The notes beneath the pieces were generated by a model that was not told the origin of the DNA, searched no databases, and saw only the letters and a list, made by a program, of their open reading frames with translations. Of a DNA stretch of 64,000 bases, positions 40,829 to 50,699 are shown in pieces (the first letter of the stretch is position 1; the number at the start of each line of letters is the position of its first letter). Origin of the DNA: Chryseobacterium gleum (GTDB taxonomy: Bacteria > Bacteroidota > Bacteroidia > Flavobacteriales_F > PHOS-HE28); contig CAMCAZ010000006.1 in NCBI GenBank assembly GCA_945872795.1, forward strand, positions 13,403 to 77,402. The letters run 5' to 3'. Both the position numbers and the translations under genes were made by a program.

Positions 40829-43800
40829 ATGGTGAGAAGGCTATTCTCCTCAGTTGTCCTTGCTTTGATCAGTGTGATGACGATCCATGCCCAGGTGGGT
40901 TCGGGTAGTCTCAAGGGCAAGATCTCCGACAAGAAGTCCGGCGAGCCGCTTCCGTTCGTGAACGTGGTCATCGAGAACCGTGGCACCCAGGTTTCCGGGG
41001 GAGCCACCGACTTTGATGGCAACTACTTCATCAAACCGATCGACCCCGGAACGTACGATGTCATCGTCAGCTATGTGGGCTATCAGCCTTACAAGCAAAC
41101 GGGTGTCATCGTCAGCAGCAACAAGATCACCTTCCTCGACATCGGCCTTAATGCCGGTGTGGAACTGAAGGAGTTCGAAGTGGTACAGTACAGTGTGCCG
41201 CTCATTGATCGTGACGGTGGAGCATCGGGAGGTACCGTGACCCGGGAGGACATCGCCAAGATGCCCGGACGTTCGGCCGCATCCATTGCCACGACCGTGG
41301 CCGGTGCGAGCGATGCCGGTACGGGAGGGGGCATCAGCATCCGGGGTTCACGTACGGAAAGCACCTACTACTATATTGATGGGGTGAAGGTGCCGGCCGG
41401 TGCGGGTACGGGCCTTCCCAAGAGCGCCATTGAAGAGGTGCAGGTGATCACCGGTGGTGTGCCTGCCAACTACGGTGACGTGACCGGTGGTCTGATCAAC
41501 ATCACCACCCGCGGCCCAAGCCGGGAGTTCTTCGGTGGGGTTGAATACCTGACCTCCGGATACAAGGTGGGCAACGACATCACCGACGTCGTTGGCCTCG
41601 ACAAGTATGCGTTCAACCAGGTGGAGGCCAGTCTTTCAGGCCCCATCCTGTTCAAGAAGGACAGCCTGGGCAACAAGACCAAACCCCTCATCGGCTTCTT
41701 CTTCTCGGGTCAGTACACCAACGTGGTGGATGCCTCGCCCTTGTACATCGGCGATATCCGGGTGAACCCCGATGTGCGGAGCGGCCTGCTGACCGATCCG
41801 GCCCGCCTGATCCCCAGCGGCAACAACGATTTCGCTCTGGCTTACAACAGCGAATTCCTGCGCGCCGACGATATCCAGTCGATCAAGACCCGCCAGAACG
41901 CTGGCGAAGTGAGCTACCTGGCCTCCGGTAAGGTGGATATCACCACCACCCCGACGATCAACCTCACGGTGGGCGGTTCGCTGGACTACAGCAACCGCCA
42001 GTCCTTCAACCGGAACAACTCCCTCTTGAACGCGGAGAACAACATCCGCATCAAGGAGAGTACCTGGCGTGCGTTCGTGAAGTTCACGCAGCGCTTCACC
42101 AACCGTTCCGAACAGGAGGAGGAGAAGGCGACCATCAAGAACGCCTTCTACACCCTGCAGTTGGATTACAGCCAATACCAGAACAACATCGCCGACTTTA
42201 CGCATGGTGATCGTCTGTTCGATTATGGCTATGTGGGCAAGTTCACCACCTACCGCGCTCCCCAGTTCCAGTTGAGCGATGACGCCCGTTGGGAGCAGGT
42301 CGGCGAATCCGACACCCTGATCACCTTCACGCCCGGTTCCCAGAACCCGGACCTCGCATCGGTGAACAACTACTACTTCAATGCACTGCCTCGCGAACAG
42401 TTCCCCATCCAGCAATTGTTCGGCGCTCCGGAAGGGACGGCCCCCAACTACGTGGGCTACTACGAGAACTTCGATGAGACCCAGGCGCGCGGTGTGCTCT
42501 GGAACGGTCTGACCCCGCGGTCGATCTACGGCCTTTGGAACAACATCGGATTGATCGACAACCCCGGAGGTGCGGAGTACAGCAAGCGCCAGAACGATCA
42601 GATCCGCTTCTCGGCATCGGGTAGTGCGGACATCAGTTCGCATGCCATCTCAGTGGGTTTTGAGTATGAGCAATTGACCCAGCGTCGATACGACCTCGCT
42701 CCGATCGGTCTGTGGACCCGGGCCCGCCAGCTGGCCAACTTCCACATCCGTGAGTGGCAGGATACGGCAGTCACCAACATCGTGCAACTGCCGGGCAGCA
42801 CGTTCGACCTGTACTTCTACTCGCGCAACAACGGTGGTGATCAGCAGTTCTTCGACCGCAATCTGCGGACCGCGCTGGGTCTCGATCCGAACGGATTGGA
42901 CTTCATCGATGTGGATGCCTTGGATCCAAGCGTATTCTCCTTGGATATGTTCTCTCCCGAGGAACTGATCAACAACGGTAACAATTCGGTGACCTATGTC
43001 GGTTATGACCACTTGGGCAATCGCCAGAGCGGTCGTGCGAGCTTCGAGTCGTTCTTCGATGAGCGCGATGCGAACGGCAATTACACCCGTGCCCAGGCCC
43101 CCTTCCAGCCGATCTACATGGCCGGATATGTGATGGACAAGTTCGCCTTCGACGACATCATCTTCAACGTGGGTGTGCGTGTGGACCGTTACGATGCGAA
43201 CCAGAACGTGCTCAAGGACAAGTACCTCTGGCAGGACGCCTACACCGCCGGTAGCACGGTTCCAAGCGGCGATATCCAGAACCAGTTGGCCAGCCGCCCT
43301 TCCAACATCGGCGAGGACTTTGTGGTCTATGTGAACGATCTGGAGGACCCCAGCGTGATCAAGGGCTATCGTGATGGCGATACTTGGTACAGCGCCGATG
43401 GTGTGGAGCTGGCCGATGGCAACTCCCTCCAGGAGGCCGGACAGATCAGGCCCTACCTTGTGAACGGTGGTTCGCGCACGGACATGCAGGGCACCTCACC
43501 CCTGAGCAAGAACGCCTTCAAGGATTACACGCCAGCGGTGAACGTCATGCCCCGTGTAGCCTTCTCCTTCCCCATCAGCGACGAAGCGGTGTTCTTCGCC
43601 CACTACGATGTGTTGACCCAGCGTCCGAACGCCGGACAGTCCCGCATCAACATGGTCGACTATGCCTACTTGGAGAACTCCGGGAACATCATCAACAACC
43701 CCGATCTGAAACCCACCAAGACCATCGACTATGAACTGGGCTTCCAGCAGGTGTTGAGCAAGGCATCGTCGATCAAGATCGCGGCCTTCTACCGCGAACT

Positions 43801-44587
43801 GCGCGATCAGATCCAGATCCGCAACGTGGTGAACGCCTGGCCCCGGGATTACCGGACCTACGACAACTTCGATTTCGGTACGGTGAAGGGCTTCACCACC
43901 ACCTTCGATCTGCGTCGCACCGGTAACGTATGGATGCGGGCCAGCTACACCCTGCAATTCGCCGACGGTACGGGTTCAGGCCCGACCACCGGTCTGAACC
44001 TGGTGAACACCGGTCAACCGAACCTGCGTACCATCTCGCCGTTGGACTTTGACCAGCGTCACCGGTTCCAAGCGACCTTCGACTTCCGTTACGGAGGTGG
44101 AAAGGATTACAACGGCCCGATGATCGCTGGAAAGCAGATCTTTCAGCGCACCGGGATCAATGTGGTCAGCATCTTGGGCAGCGGCACGCCGTACAGCCGC
44201 TCCAGTGCTGTGGTGAGCGAGGGCACAGGCGCCAGCAACTACCGCTTGGACGGCACGCTGAACGGAGCTCGTCTGCCCTGGCAGTTCACCACCGACCTCC
44301 AATTGGACCGCGATATCCCATTGACCTTCGGAGATGACGAAAGCAAGGCCAAGAGCGCGAACCTTAACGTGTACCTGCTGGTGACCAACGTGTTCAACAC
44401 TGAGAACATCACGGGTGTATACCGCTACACCGGTTCCGCCACCAATGATGGTTACCTCGCCCAGTTGACCGACCGTTCGCAGATCGACCCCGAGTCGTTC
44501 CGCGATCTGTACTCCGCCAAAGTGAACAACCCTTTCAATTTCGGTGCACCCCGAACGATCCGCCTGGGTGTCCGGTTTGATTTCTGA
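40829..44587 (+). CDS. giant TonB-dependent-receptor-like outer membrane protein (CarboxypepD_reg domain, plug, ~1000-aa barrel)
   Basis: Signal peptide MVRRLFSSVVLALISVMTIHAQ. Plug ISIRGSRTESTYYYIDGVKV...VITGGVPANYGDVTGGLINITTRGP. C-terminus RLGVRFDF. The track's TTG at 40826 is replaced by the adjacent ATG. Confidence 0.85.
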   Translation: MVRRLFSSVVLALISVMTIHAQVGSGSLKGKISDKKSGEPLPFVNVVIENRGTQVSGGATDFDGNYFIKPIDPGTYDVIVSYVGYQPYKQTGVIVSSNKITFLDIGLNAGVELKEFEVVQYSVPLIDRDGGASGGTVTREDIAKMPGRSAASIATTVAGASDAGTGGGISIRGSRTESTYYYIDGVKVPAGAGTGLPKSAIEEVQVITGGVPANYGDVTGGLINITTRGPSREFFGGVEYLTSGYKVGNDITDVVGLDKYAFNQVEASLSGPILFKKDSLGNKTKPLIGFFFSGQYTNVVDASPLYIGDIRVNPDVRSGLLTDPARLIPSGNNDFALAYNSEFLRADDIQSIKTRQNAGEVSYLASGKVDITTTPTINLTVGGSLDYSNRQSFNRNNSLLNAENNIRIKESTWRAFVKFTQRFTNRSEQEEEKATIKNAFYTLQLDYSQYQNNIADFTHGDRLFDYGYVGKFTTYRAPQFQLSDDARWEQVGESDTLITFTPGSQNPDLASVNNYYFNALPREQFPIQQLFGAPEGTAPNYVGYYENFDETQARGVLWNGLTPRSIYGLWNNIGLIDNPGGAEYSKRQNDQIRFSASGSADISSHAISVGFEYEQLTQRRYDLAPIGLWTRARQLANFHIREWQDTAVTNIVQLPGSTFDLYFYSRNNGGDQQFFDRNLRTALGLDPNGLDFIDVDALDPSVFSLDMFSPEELINNGNNSVTYVGYDHLGNRQSGRASFESFFDERDANGNYTRAQAPFQPIYMAGYVMDKFAFDDIIFNVGVRVDRYDANQNVLKDKYLWQDAYTAGSTVPSGDIQNQLASRPSNIGEDFVVYVNDLEDPSVIKGYRDGDTWYSADGVELADGNSLQEAGQIRPYLVNGGSRTDMQGTSPLSKNAFKDYTPAVNVMPRVAFSFPISDEAVFFAHYDVLTQRPNAGQSRINMVDYAYLENSGNIINNPDLKPTKTIDYELGFQQVLSKASSIKIAAFYRELRDQIQIRNVVNAWPRDYRTYDNFDFGTVKGFTTTFDLRRTGNVWMRASYTLQFADGTGSGPTTGLNLVNTGQPNLRTISPLDFDQRHRFQATFDFRYGGGKDYNGPMIAGKQIFQRTGINVVSILGSGTPYSRSSAVVSEGTGASNYRLDGTLNGARLPWQFTTDLQLDRDIPLTFGDDESKAKSANLNVYLLVTNVFNTENITGVYRYTGSATNDGYLAQLTDRSQIDPESFRDLYSAKVNNPFNFGAPRTIRLGVRFDF

Positions 44588-47500
44588 TGAACGCACAAAC
44601 GATGACCATGAAAGGCTTTAGCGCAATCCTCACCAGAACCTTCGCTCTTAGCCTAGCACTGACCGCGGGTCAACTGACCCAGGCCATGGCTCCTCCGTAC
44701 ACGGGCTCTGGCCTTGGCCAGCAGAACGTGGCCTCCACACTGAAGGCGGCAGGTTGCTCACCGGCGACCCAGATCACCCAGTTGGAGTTCAACAACGTAC
44801 GCGCCGTCATCGAGAACGGCGGGAACAAGTGGCAGCGCCGTGGTCTCGGTCGCTCAGGTTATGAGATTCCCAAGACGGAGGATTTCAGCGGGCCAAGTTC
44901 GATCTATTCCGGTGGCCTCTGGATGGGAGGGCAGTCCCAGGATGGTCAGCTGAAGATCGCCGGTGTCCTCTACCGCCAAGGTGGTCAGAACGATTTCTGG
45001 CCCGGTCCCTTGACCACGGGCGGTGATGCCAGTGTGGACCAGAGCGTCTGCGCAGAGTATGATCAGTTCTATACCACCACCCTCGCGCAGGCGGAAGCGC
45101 ACCTGCAGTGGGCGAATTGCGCCGGTGATCCAGCATGTATCGCGGCAGCGTTCCCGAACGGTTATTCCATCCCTCCAGGTTTCGCGACGTGGCCCGCAGA
45201 GGGTAATGTGGAGGCAGGACAATCCGCCTATCTGGCCCCGTTCTTCGATTTTAACGCCGACGGCGTTTACGAGCCTTCTTCGGGCGACTTCCCGGATTAT
45301 GGATTCGAGATCACGGTGGAGGAGTGCAAGACCAAGGACAGGGAGGATCCCGTGCCTTTGTTCGGTGACTTCAACATCTATTGGATCTTCAACGACAAGG
45401 GAGAGGCCCACACGGAGACGAACGGTTTCCCGATCGGTCTCGAGGTCCGTGCCCAGGCCTTTGCCTTCAGCTCGAACGACGAGATCAACAATATGACCTT
45501 CTACAACTACACGGTCATCAACCAGGGCACTCAGACGTTGGCGAACACCTATTTCGGGCACTTTGTGGATCCCGATCTGGGCAACGCGGACGATGACTTC
45601 ACCGGTTGTGACGTGCAACGCGGGATGGGTTATGTGTACAACTGGGATGATAACGATGAGACCACCCCCAACGGTCAGGGTTATGGCGCTCAACCTCCAG
45701 CCGTTGGTGTGGACTTCTTCGAGGGCCCCTTCCGCGATGATGATGGGGTGGACAACCCCGGTCCTGCACAGAACCTGAGCTGCCAGGAGTATCAGCAGCA
45801 GGGAGGTATCCCTTATGCCGGTATCGGTATCGGCTATGGTGATACGATCGTCGATAACGAGCGCTTCGGTATGAATGCGTTCCTCTACTTCAACCGCGAA
45901 TCCCCGAACGCCAACCTGACCGATCCCGGGAACGCCATCCAGTTCTACAACTACCTCCGGTCCATCTGGAAGAACAACCGCGAGATGTCCTACGGTGGCT
46001 CGGGCTATTCCGAGGCTGACACCTACGTGCGCGCCTTCTACATGTTCCCGGACGTAAGTGATCCGCTCGGTTGGGGGACCAACTGTGTCCCTCAGGATCC
46101 CTGGAAAGAGGAGACCCCCACACTAGCCCAGCCCGATCGCCGGTTCGTCCAGAGCGCAGGCCCCTTCACCTTGGAGCCTGGTGCGTACAACAACATCACC
46201 GTGGGTGTGGTCTGGGCACGGGCAGCTTCCGGCGGCGCTGCGGAGAGCCTGAGGCCTCTGCGCGTGGCTGATGATAAGGCCCAGTCGCTCTTTGACAACT
46301 GCTTCAAGATCCTCGACGGCCCCGATGCTCCGGACCTGGAGGTCCGCGAGCTGGACCAAGAACTGATCCTGTACATCAAGAACCCGGTGGGAAGCAACAA
46401 CGAGGGCGAGAACTATGTGGAGGTGGATCCGATCATCCCCTCGGAGGGTCCCAATGGTGAGGCCTACGACCGCGTGTACCGTTTCCAAGGGTACAAGGTC
46501 TACCAACTGCGCGACGCCAGCGTCAGCGTGGCCGAACTGGAAGATGTGAACCTTGCCCGATTGGTCTATCAGGGCGATCTGCAGGATGGTGTCGGTCAGA
46601 TCATCAACTATCCGTTCGATGAGACCGTGGGCCAACCTGTGCCCATGGAAATGGTGAACGGTACGGATCAAGGGATCATCCACTCCATCCGTATCACGGA
46701 CGACAAGTTCGCACAGGGCAACCCTGCGCTGGTGAACTTCAAGACCTACTATTTCCTGGCTGTTGCCTACGCCTACAACAATTACGAGGACTACAGTATC
46801 GGTGCCCGAACCGGTCAGGCCTTCCCCTATGTGGCCGGTCGTAAAGCGGCCTTCGGTGCCATCCGTTCCTACGTGGGCATTCCCCACAAACCGACCCCGA
46901 CCAACGGTGGTACGGTGCTGAACGCTCAGTACGGTGACCGTCTCGCGGTGACCCGTCTGGAGGGTCAGGGCAATGGCCGACTTGCACTGGAGTTGTTGCC
47001 TGAAACGGAGAATGCGATCGTGGATGCTGCACCCTGGCGCGAGGATGTCCTGAAATACAAGCGCGGCTTCAGCCCGGTCGACGTGAAGGTGGTCGACCCC
47101 TTGAAGGTCCCCAATGCCCAGTTCGAACTGTGGTTCCAGGACTCGACCCCAGCCACCGACCTGAACGACGGTTACTGGAAACTGGTGAACCTGTCCAACG
47201 CTGACACCATTGATTCCGAGCGGAGCATCGCGGTGAACTACGAGCAGCTGTTCCTGCAGTATGGTATCTCGGTCACGTTGGGGCAGTACGCTTATGAGAC
47301 GGATCAGGCTGGCACTGCCGGAGCGTTCACCGTGCCCACCACCACGGGGACCCTGACCTTCGCCGACCCTTCGAAGGCGTGGTTCTTCGGCATCCCGGAT
47401 GGCGAAGGTGAAAGCCCCTTCAACTGGATCCGTTCTGGCACCACGGAGATCGAGGCACTGCCCGGTGACCCGCCCAACGTTTACAACGACCGTGTGGGCA

Positions 47501-48678
47501 AAGATGACGAGCAATTGTATGAGGGTATTCTCGGGGGCACTTGGGCTCCCTGGCCCTTGGTGGGTGAGGCTCCGTTCCAACCCGGCTCTGTCGTGGACGT
47601 GAACCAGTCAATGGCCAACGCCCGGATAAGCGAGGTGCCAAGTGTACAGATCGTGTTCACGGCGGATAAGAGTAAATGGACCCGTTCACCTGTGTTCGAA
47701 CAGGAGAGCAACACCGCTCTGGCGGAAGGTGGTGCGCCCCGTCTGTCACTGCGCCGCGCGGCCAGTATCGACAAGAACGGCCGCAAGACCGGCACAGCTG
47801 GGGCCAACGAGGCGGAAGCCACGCTGACGAACGCCGCCGGCATGGGCTGGTTCCCAGGCTTCGCCATTGACCTGGAGACAGGTGAGCGCCTGAACATTGC
47901 TTACGGGGAGAACAGCTTCTGGGGTGGTGAAGTGGGCCGCGACATGATCTGGAACCCCAATTCACTGGTCTTCGCTAACGACGGCCCCATCTTCGGCGGA
48001 GGACACTGGATCTACGTGTTCAAGAACGAACGCCGCGTCAGCAACGTGGCGGACCGAGTGCCCAAGTACGATGAGGGAGCACATATCATGGACCGCCTGG
48101 CCAGTGGATCGGCATCGGCACGTCCGCGCATCTTCCAGGCCATCGCTTGGGTGGGTGGTGCGATCGCCATTGAAGGTCAGCAATTGCTTGCGACCGAGGC
48201 ACGTGTGGTTTTGAACGTCGCCAAGCCCTACCTGCCATATGTGAACTACAACGGCGCTCCCGAGCCGATCGAGCCTGCGCGGAATGGTGGACTCCCTCTG
48301 TACACCTTCGGGTCGGATGGATTCGCCACTTCCACGGGTGTGTCCGATGTGGCCGAGAGCTTCCTGGACAACATCGGCATCGTGCCGAACCCTTACTACG
48401 GGTTCAGTGGCTACGAAACGAACCGACTGGACAACCGGGTGAAGTTCATCAACCTGCCACAGACCTGTACCATCTCGATCTACACCACGAGCGGTACGCT
48501 GGTGCGCAAGTACAGGAAGGACAATGAGCTCACCTATCTCGATTGGGACCTGAAGAACGTGAACAACATTCCCATCGCCGGGGGGGTGTATATCTGTCAC
48601 GTGGATGTTCCCGGGGTGGGAGAGAAGGTGATCAAATGGTTCGGAGCTCTCAGGCCTGTGGACCTGCAGAACTTCTAA
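44587..48678 (+). CDS. 1363-aa secreted protein of unknown function with T9SS/FlgD-Ig-like C-terminal domain
   Basis: Start overlaps the upstream stop (TGATG). Signal peptide ...LALTAGQLTQAMA. C-terminal ~95 aa IVPNPYYGF...CTISIYTTSGTLVRKY...WDLKNVNNIPIAGGVYICHVDV. Alternative starts at 44602 and 44608. Confidence 0.8.
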   Translation: MNAQTMTMKGFSAILTRTFALSLALTAGQLTQAMAPPYTGSGLGQQNVASTLKAAGCSPATQITQLEFNNVRAVIENGGNKWQRRGLGRSGYEIPKTEDFSGPSSIYSGGLWMGGQSQDGQLKIAGVLYRQGGQNDFWPGPLTTGGDASVDQSVCAEYDQFYTTTLAQAEAHLQWANCAGDPACIAAAFPNGYSIPPGFATWPAEGNVEAGQSAYLAPFFDFNADGVYEPSSGDFPDYGFEITVEECKTKDREDPVPLFGDFNIYWIFNDKGEAHTETNGFPIGLEVRAQAFAFSSNDEINNMTFYNYTVINQGTQTLANTYFGHFVDPDLGNADDDFTGCDVQRGMGYVYNWDDNDETTPNGQGYGAQPPAVGVDFFEGPFRDDDGVDNPGPAQNLSCQEYQQQGGIPYAGIGIGYGDTIVDNERFGMNAFLYFNRESPNANLTDPGNAIQFYNYLRSIWKNNREMSYGGSGYSEADTYVRAFYMFPDVSDPLGWGTNCVPQDPWKEETPTLAQPDRRFVQSAGPFTLEPGAYNNITVGVVWARAASGGAAESLRPLRVADDKAQSLFDNCFKILDGPDAPDLEVRELDQELILYIKNPVGSNNEGENYVEVDPIIPSEGPNGEAYDRVYRFQGYKVYQLRDASVSVAELEDVNLARLVYQGDLQDGVGQIINYPFDETVGQPVPMEMVNGTDQGIIHSIRITDDKFAQGNPALVNFKTYYFLAVAYAYNNYEDYSIGARTGQAFPYVAGRKAAFGAIRSYVGIPHKPTPTNGGTVLNAQYGDRLAVTRLEGQGNGRLALELLPETENAIVDAAPWREDVLKYKRGFSPVDVKVVDPLKVPNAQFELWFQDSTPATDLNDGYWKLVNLSNADTIDSERSIAVNYEQLFLQYGISVTLGQYAYETDQAGTAGAFTVPTTTGTLTFADPSKAWFFGIPDGEGESPFNWIRSGTTEIEALPGDPPNVYNDRVGKDDEQLYEGILGGTWAPWPLVGEAPFQPGSVVDVNQSMANARISEVPSVQIVFTADKSKWTRSPVFEQESNTALAEGGAPRLSLRRAASIDKNGRKTGTAGANEAEATLTNAAGMGWFPGFAIDLETGERLNIAYGENSFWGGEVGRDMIWNPNSLVFANDGPIFGGGHWIYVFKNERRVSNVADRVPKYDEGAHIMDRLASGSASARPRIFQAIAWVGGAIAIEGQQLLATEARVVLNVAKPYLPYVNYNGAPEPIEPARNGGLPLYTFGSDGFATSTGVSDVAESFLDNIGIVPNPYYGFSGYETNRLDNRVKFINLPQTCTISIYTTSGTLVRKYRKDNELTYLDWDLKNVNNIPIAGGVYICHVDVPGVGEKVIKWFGALRPVDLQNF

Positions 48679-48720
48679 GCCTGATTGGACCAATAGAGAA
48701 GCTTGCAGAAGATGCCAACG

Positions 48721-49764
48721 ATGAAAAGGTCAATTGCGCTCTTGATGGCACTGCCGCTGATGGCTGGTGCGACCCTGATGGCAGGAAACCCTGACCGTGC
48801 CGGTTCAGCCGGTGCGACCCAGCTGCTGATCAATCCCTGGGCCCGTTCGGCGGGTTGGGGGATGGCCAATACAGCATCCTTGCGCGGGGTGGAATCCATG
48901 TTCGGGAACGTGGCCGGGCTGTCCCGGGTCAACAAGACCGAGGTGCTGTTCTCCAGCACGCAATGGTTGTCCGGAAGCGGGGTCACCATCAGCAGCATCG
49001 GTGTGGGCCAGAAGCTGGGGTCCTCCGGGGTGCTCGGCCTGACCGCCACCACCATGTCCTTCGGTGAGATCGATGTCACCACGGTGGAGAACCCTGAAGG
49101 TGGCCGCGGGACCTTCCGTCCCAGCATGTCGAACATCGGACTGGCCTATTCCAAGAGCTTCTCCAGCAGCATACAGGGCGGCTTGCTCCTGCGGGTGGTC
49201 TCTGAGTCCATTGCCAACGTGCGGACGTCGGGTGTGGCCTTCGATGCGGGTATCCAGTATGTGACCGGTGAGCAGGAGAACCTGCACTTCGGGATCGCAT
49301 TGAAGAACGTGGGACCCGCCATGGAGTTCAGCGGTGATGGTCTGGCGGTGCAGGGTCTATTGCTGACGGGAAGCGACCAGCTTACGCTGGAGCAGCGCTC
49401 ACAGGGCTTCGAGATCCCTTCCCTGCTCAACATCGGTGCAGCCTACGATTGGAACATCAATGAGATGCACAAGCTGACCTTCGCCGGAACCTTCATTTCC
49501 AACTCCTTCACGAAGGACCAGGGGATCATCGGTGTGGAATACGCCTTCAAGAAGATGGTGCACCTGCGTGGCGGTTACATGTACGAGGACGGTATCACCT
49601 CCGACACGGAGCGCACCACGGTGTTCACCGGGCCCTCCGCCGGCATCAGTATTGACTTCCCCTTCGGCGACGAAAAGAAGAGCGCTTTTGCATTGGATTA
49701 CAGCTACCGTAGCACCAATCCCTTCGCCGGCGTGCACAGTTTGGGCGTCCGCATCAGTCTCTGA
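48721..49764 (+). CDS. PorV/PorQ (FadL-like) family outer membrane barrel protein
   Basis: Signal peptide MKRSIALLMALPLMAGATLMA. AGATQLLINPWARSAGWGMANTA resembles the PorV/PorQ N-terminal motif; alternating beta-strand pattern. Upstream ATGs at 48703 and 48712 are possible. Confidence 0.6.
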   Translation: MKRSIALLMALPLMAGATLMAGNPDRAGSAGATQLLINPWARSAGWGMANTASLRGVESMFGNVAGLSRVNKTEVLFSSTQWLSGSGVTISSIGVGQKLGSSGVLGLTATTMSFGEIDVTTVENPEGGRGTFRPSMSNIGLAYSKSFSSSIQGGLLLRVVSESIANVRTSGVAFDAGIQYVTGEQENLHFGIALKNVGPAMEFSGDGLAVQGLLLTGSDQLTLEQRSQGFEIPSLLNIGAAYDWNINEMHKLTFAGTFISNSFTKDQGIIGVEYAFKKMVHLRGGYMYEDGITSDTERTTVFTGPSAGISIDFPFGDEKKSAFALDYSYRSTNPFAGVHSLGVRISL

Positions 49765-49775
49765 TCATTCATCCC

Positions 49776-49783
49776 TATCTTTG
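49776..49783 (+). promoter_or_regulatory. -7 box TATCTTTG upstream of greA
   Basis: Exact TAnnTTTG match; its last base starts the hairpin at 49783-49810. Confidence 0.5.
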
Positions 49784-49810
49784 GAAAAGGACCTCACGGG
49801 GTCCTTTTCC
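49783..49810 (+). terminator. hairpin after the PorV-like gene, within the greA leader
   Basis: ggaaaaggacc / ggtccttttcc 11-bp stem with a 6-nt loop; no U-tract. Confidence 0.5.
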
Positions 49811-49834
49811 ATTGTCATACCAAGACCTTCGGCC

Positions 49835-50308
49835 ATGAGCACACCGGCCTATTACACAGAAGAGGGATTCAAGAAGCTTCAGGAGGAATTGCATCACCTG
49901 CGCACGGTGGAGCGACCGCACCTGAGCCAACAGATCGCGGACGCCCGGGACAAGGGTGACCTGAGCGAGAACGCGGAATACCATGCGGCCAAAGAGGAGC
50001 AGGGTATGTTGGAGGCCCGTATTGCTAAGATGGAGGAGATGATGTCCAACGCAAGGGTGGTGGACACATCACAGATGGATAATACCCGGGTGTACATCCA
50101 CTCCAAGGTGGTGGTGCGCCACATGGGCAACGGCAGTGAACGCGAATTCACGCTCGTGGCTGAAAGCGAGGTGGACATCAAGACCGGCCGTATCAGCGTC
50201 GGTTCGCCCATCGGCAAGGGCCTGCTGGGCAAGGCACGCGGCGAGATCGCGGAGATCCTGACCCCCACCGGCAGCGCGAAGTTCGAGGTGGTGGACATCT
50301 CCCGCTGA
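49835..50308 (+). CDS. greA: transcription elongation factor GreA
   Basis: Trimmed to MSTPAYYTEEGFKKLQEEL. GDLSENAEYHAAKEEQ motif; 157 aa. Confidence 0.93.
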   Translation: MSTPAYYTEEGFKKLQEELHHLRTVERPHLSQQIADARDKGDLSENAEYHAAKEEQGMLEARIAKMEEMMSNARVVDTSQMDNTRVYIHSKVVVRHMGNGSEREFTLVAESEVDIKTGRISVGSPIGKGLLGKARGEIAEILTPTGSAKFEVVDISR

Positions 50309-50697
50309 TGCCCAGCCTCTTCACCCGGATCGTGCGCGGCGAGATCCCCTGCCACAAGGTGGCCGAGGATGACCTTTTTCTGGCCTTTCTGGATATTGCG
50401 CCCTTGCGCATGGGACACACGCTGGTGATCCCCAAGGTGGAGGTCGACCGATTCTTCGATCTTCCGTCGGACGTATTGGCGGACATACTGCCCTTCGCCC
50501 AGCAGGTGGCCCAACGCATCAAGGCCGTGGTGCCCTGTGACCGCGTGGGACTTACGGTGATCGGGCTGGAGGTCCCCCACGCACACCTGCACCTGATCCC
50601 CATCGACACCATGGAGGATATGGACTTCGGCAGGCCCAAACTGAAGCCCGGGCCCGATGAGCTTGCGGCCCTGGCCGTGCGCCTGCGCACCGTTTGA
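50308..50697 (+). CDS. HIT family protein
   Basis: Histidine triad HAHLHLIP; start overlaps the greA stop. Confidence 0.9.
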   Translation: MPSLFTRIVRGEIPCHKVAEDDLFLAFLDIAPLRMGHTLVIPKVEVDRFFDLPSDVLADILPFAQQVAQRIKAVVPCDRVGLTVIGLEVPHAHLHLIPIDTMEDMDFGRPKLKPGPDELAALAVRLRTV

Positions 50698-50699
50698 CC

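Noticed and set aside
47072-47100. A further REP-like copy (ggtcgac-N9-gtcgacc) inside the 1363-aa gene
   Set aside because: The pair arises from two Val-Asp codon pairs (GTC GAC) in SPVDVKVVDP. It lacks the flanking TACA-R-GTGC part of the family and shows no extended identity.
40829-48678. Interpreting the giant barrel plus the next gene as a SusC/SusD polysaccharide utilisation pair, or the 1363-aa gene plus the next gene as porU-porV
   Set aside because: The downstream protein is 1363 aa, not a ~500-aa SusD-like lipoprotein (no lipobox, no TPR-like SusD pattern). I could not find gingipain/C25-type His/Cys catalytic motifs, and the N-terminus is unlike the PorU sequences I recall. This needs an HMM check.
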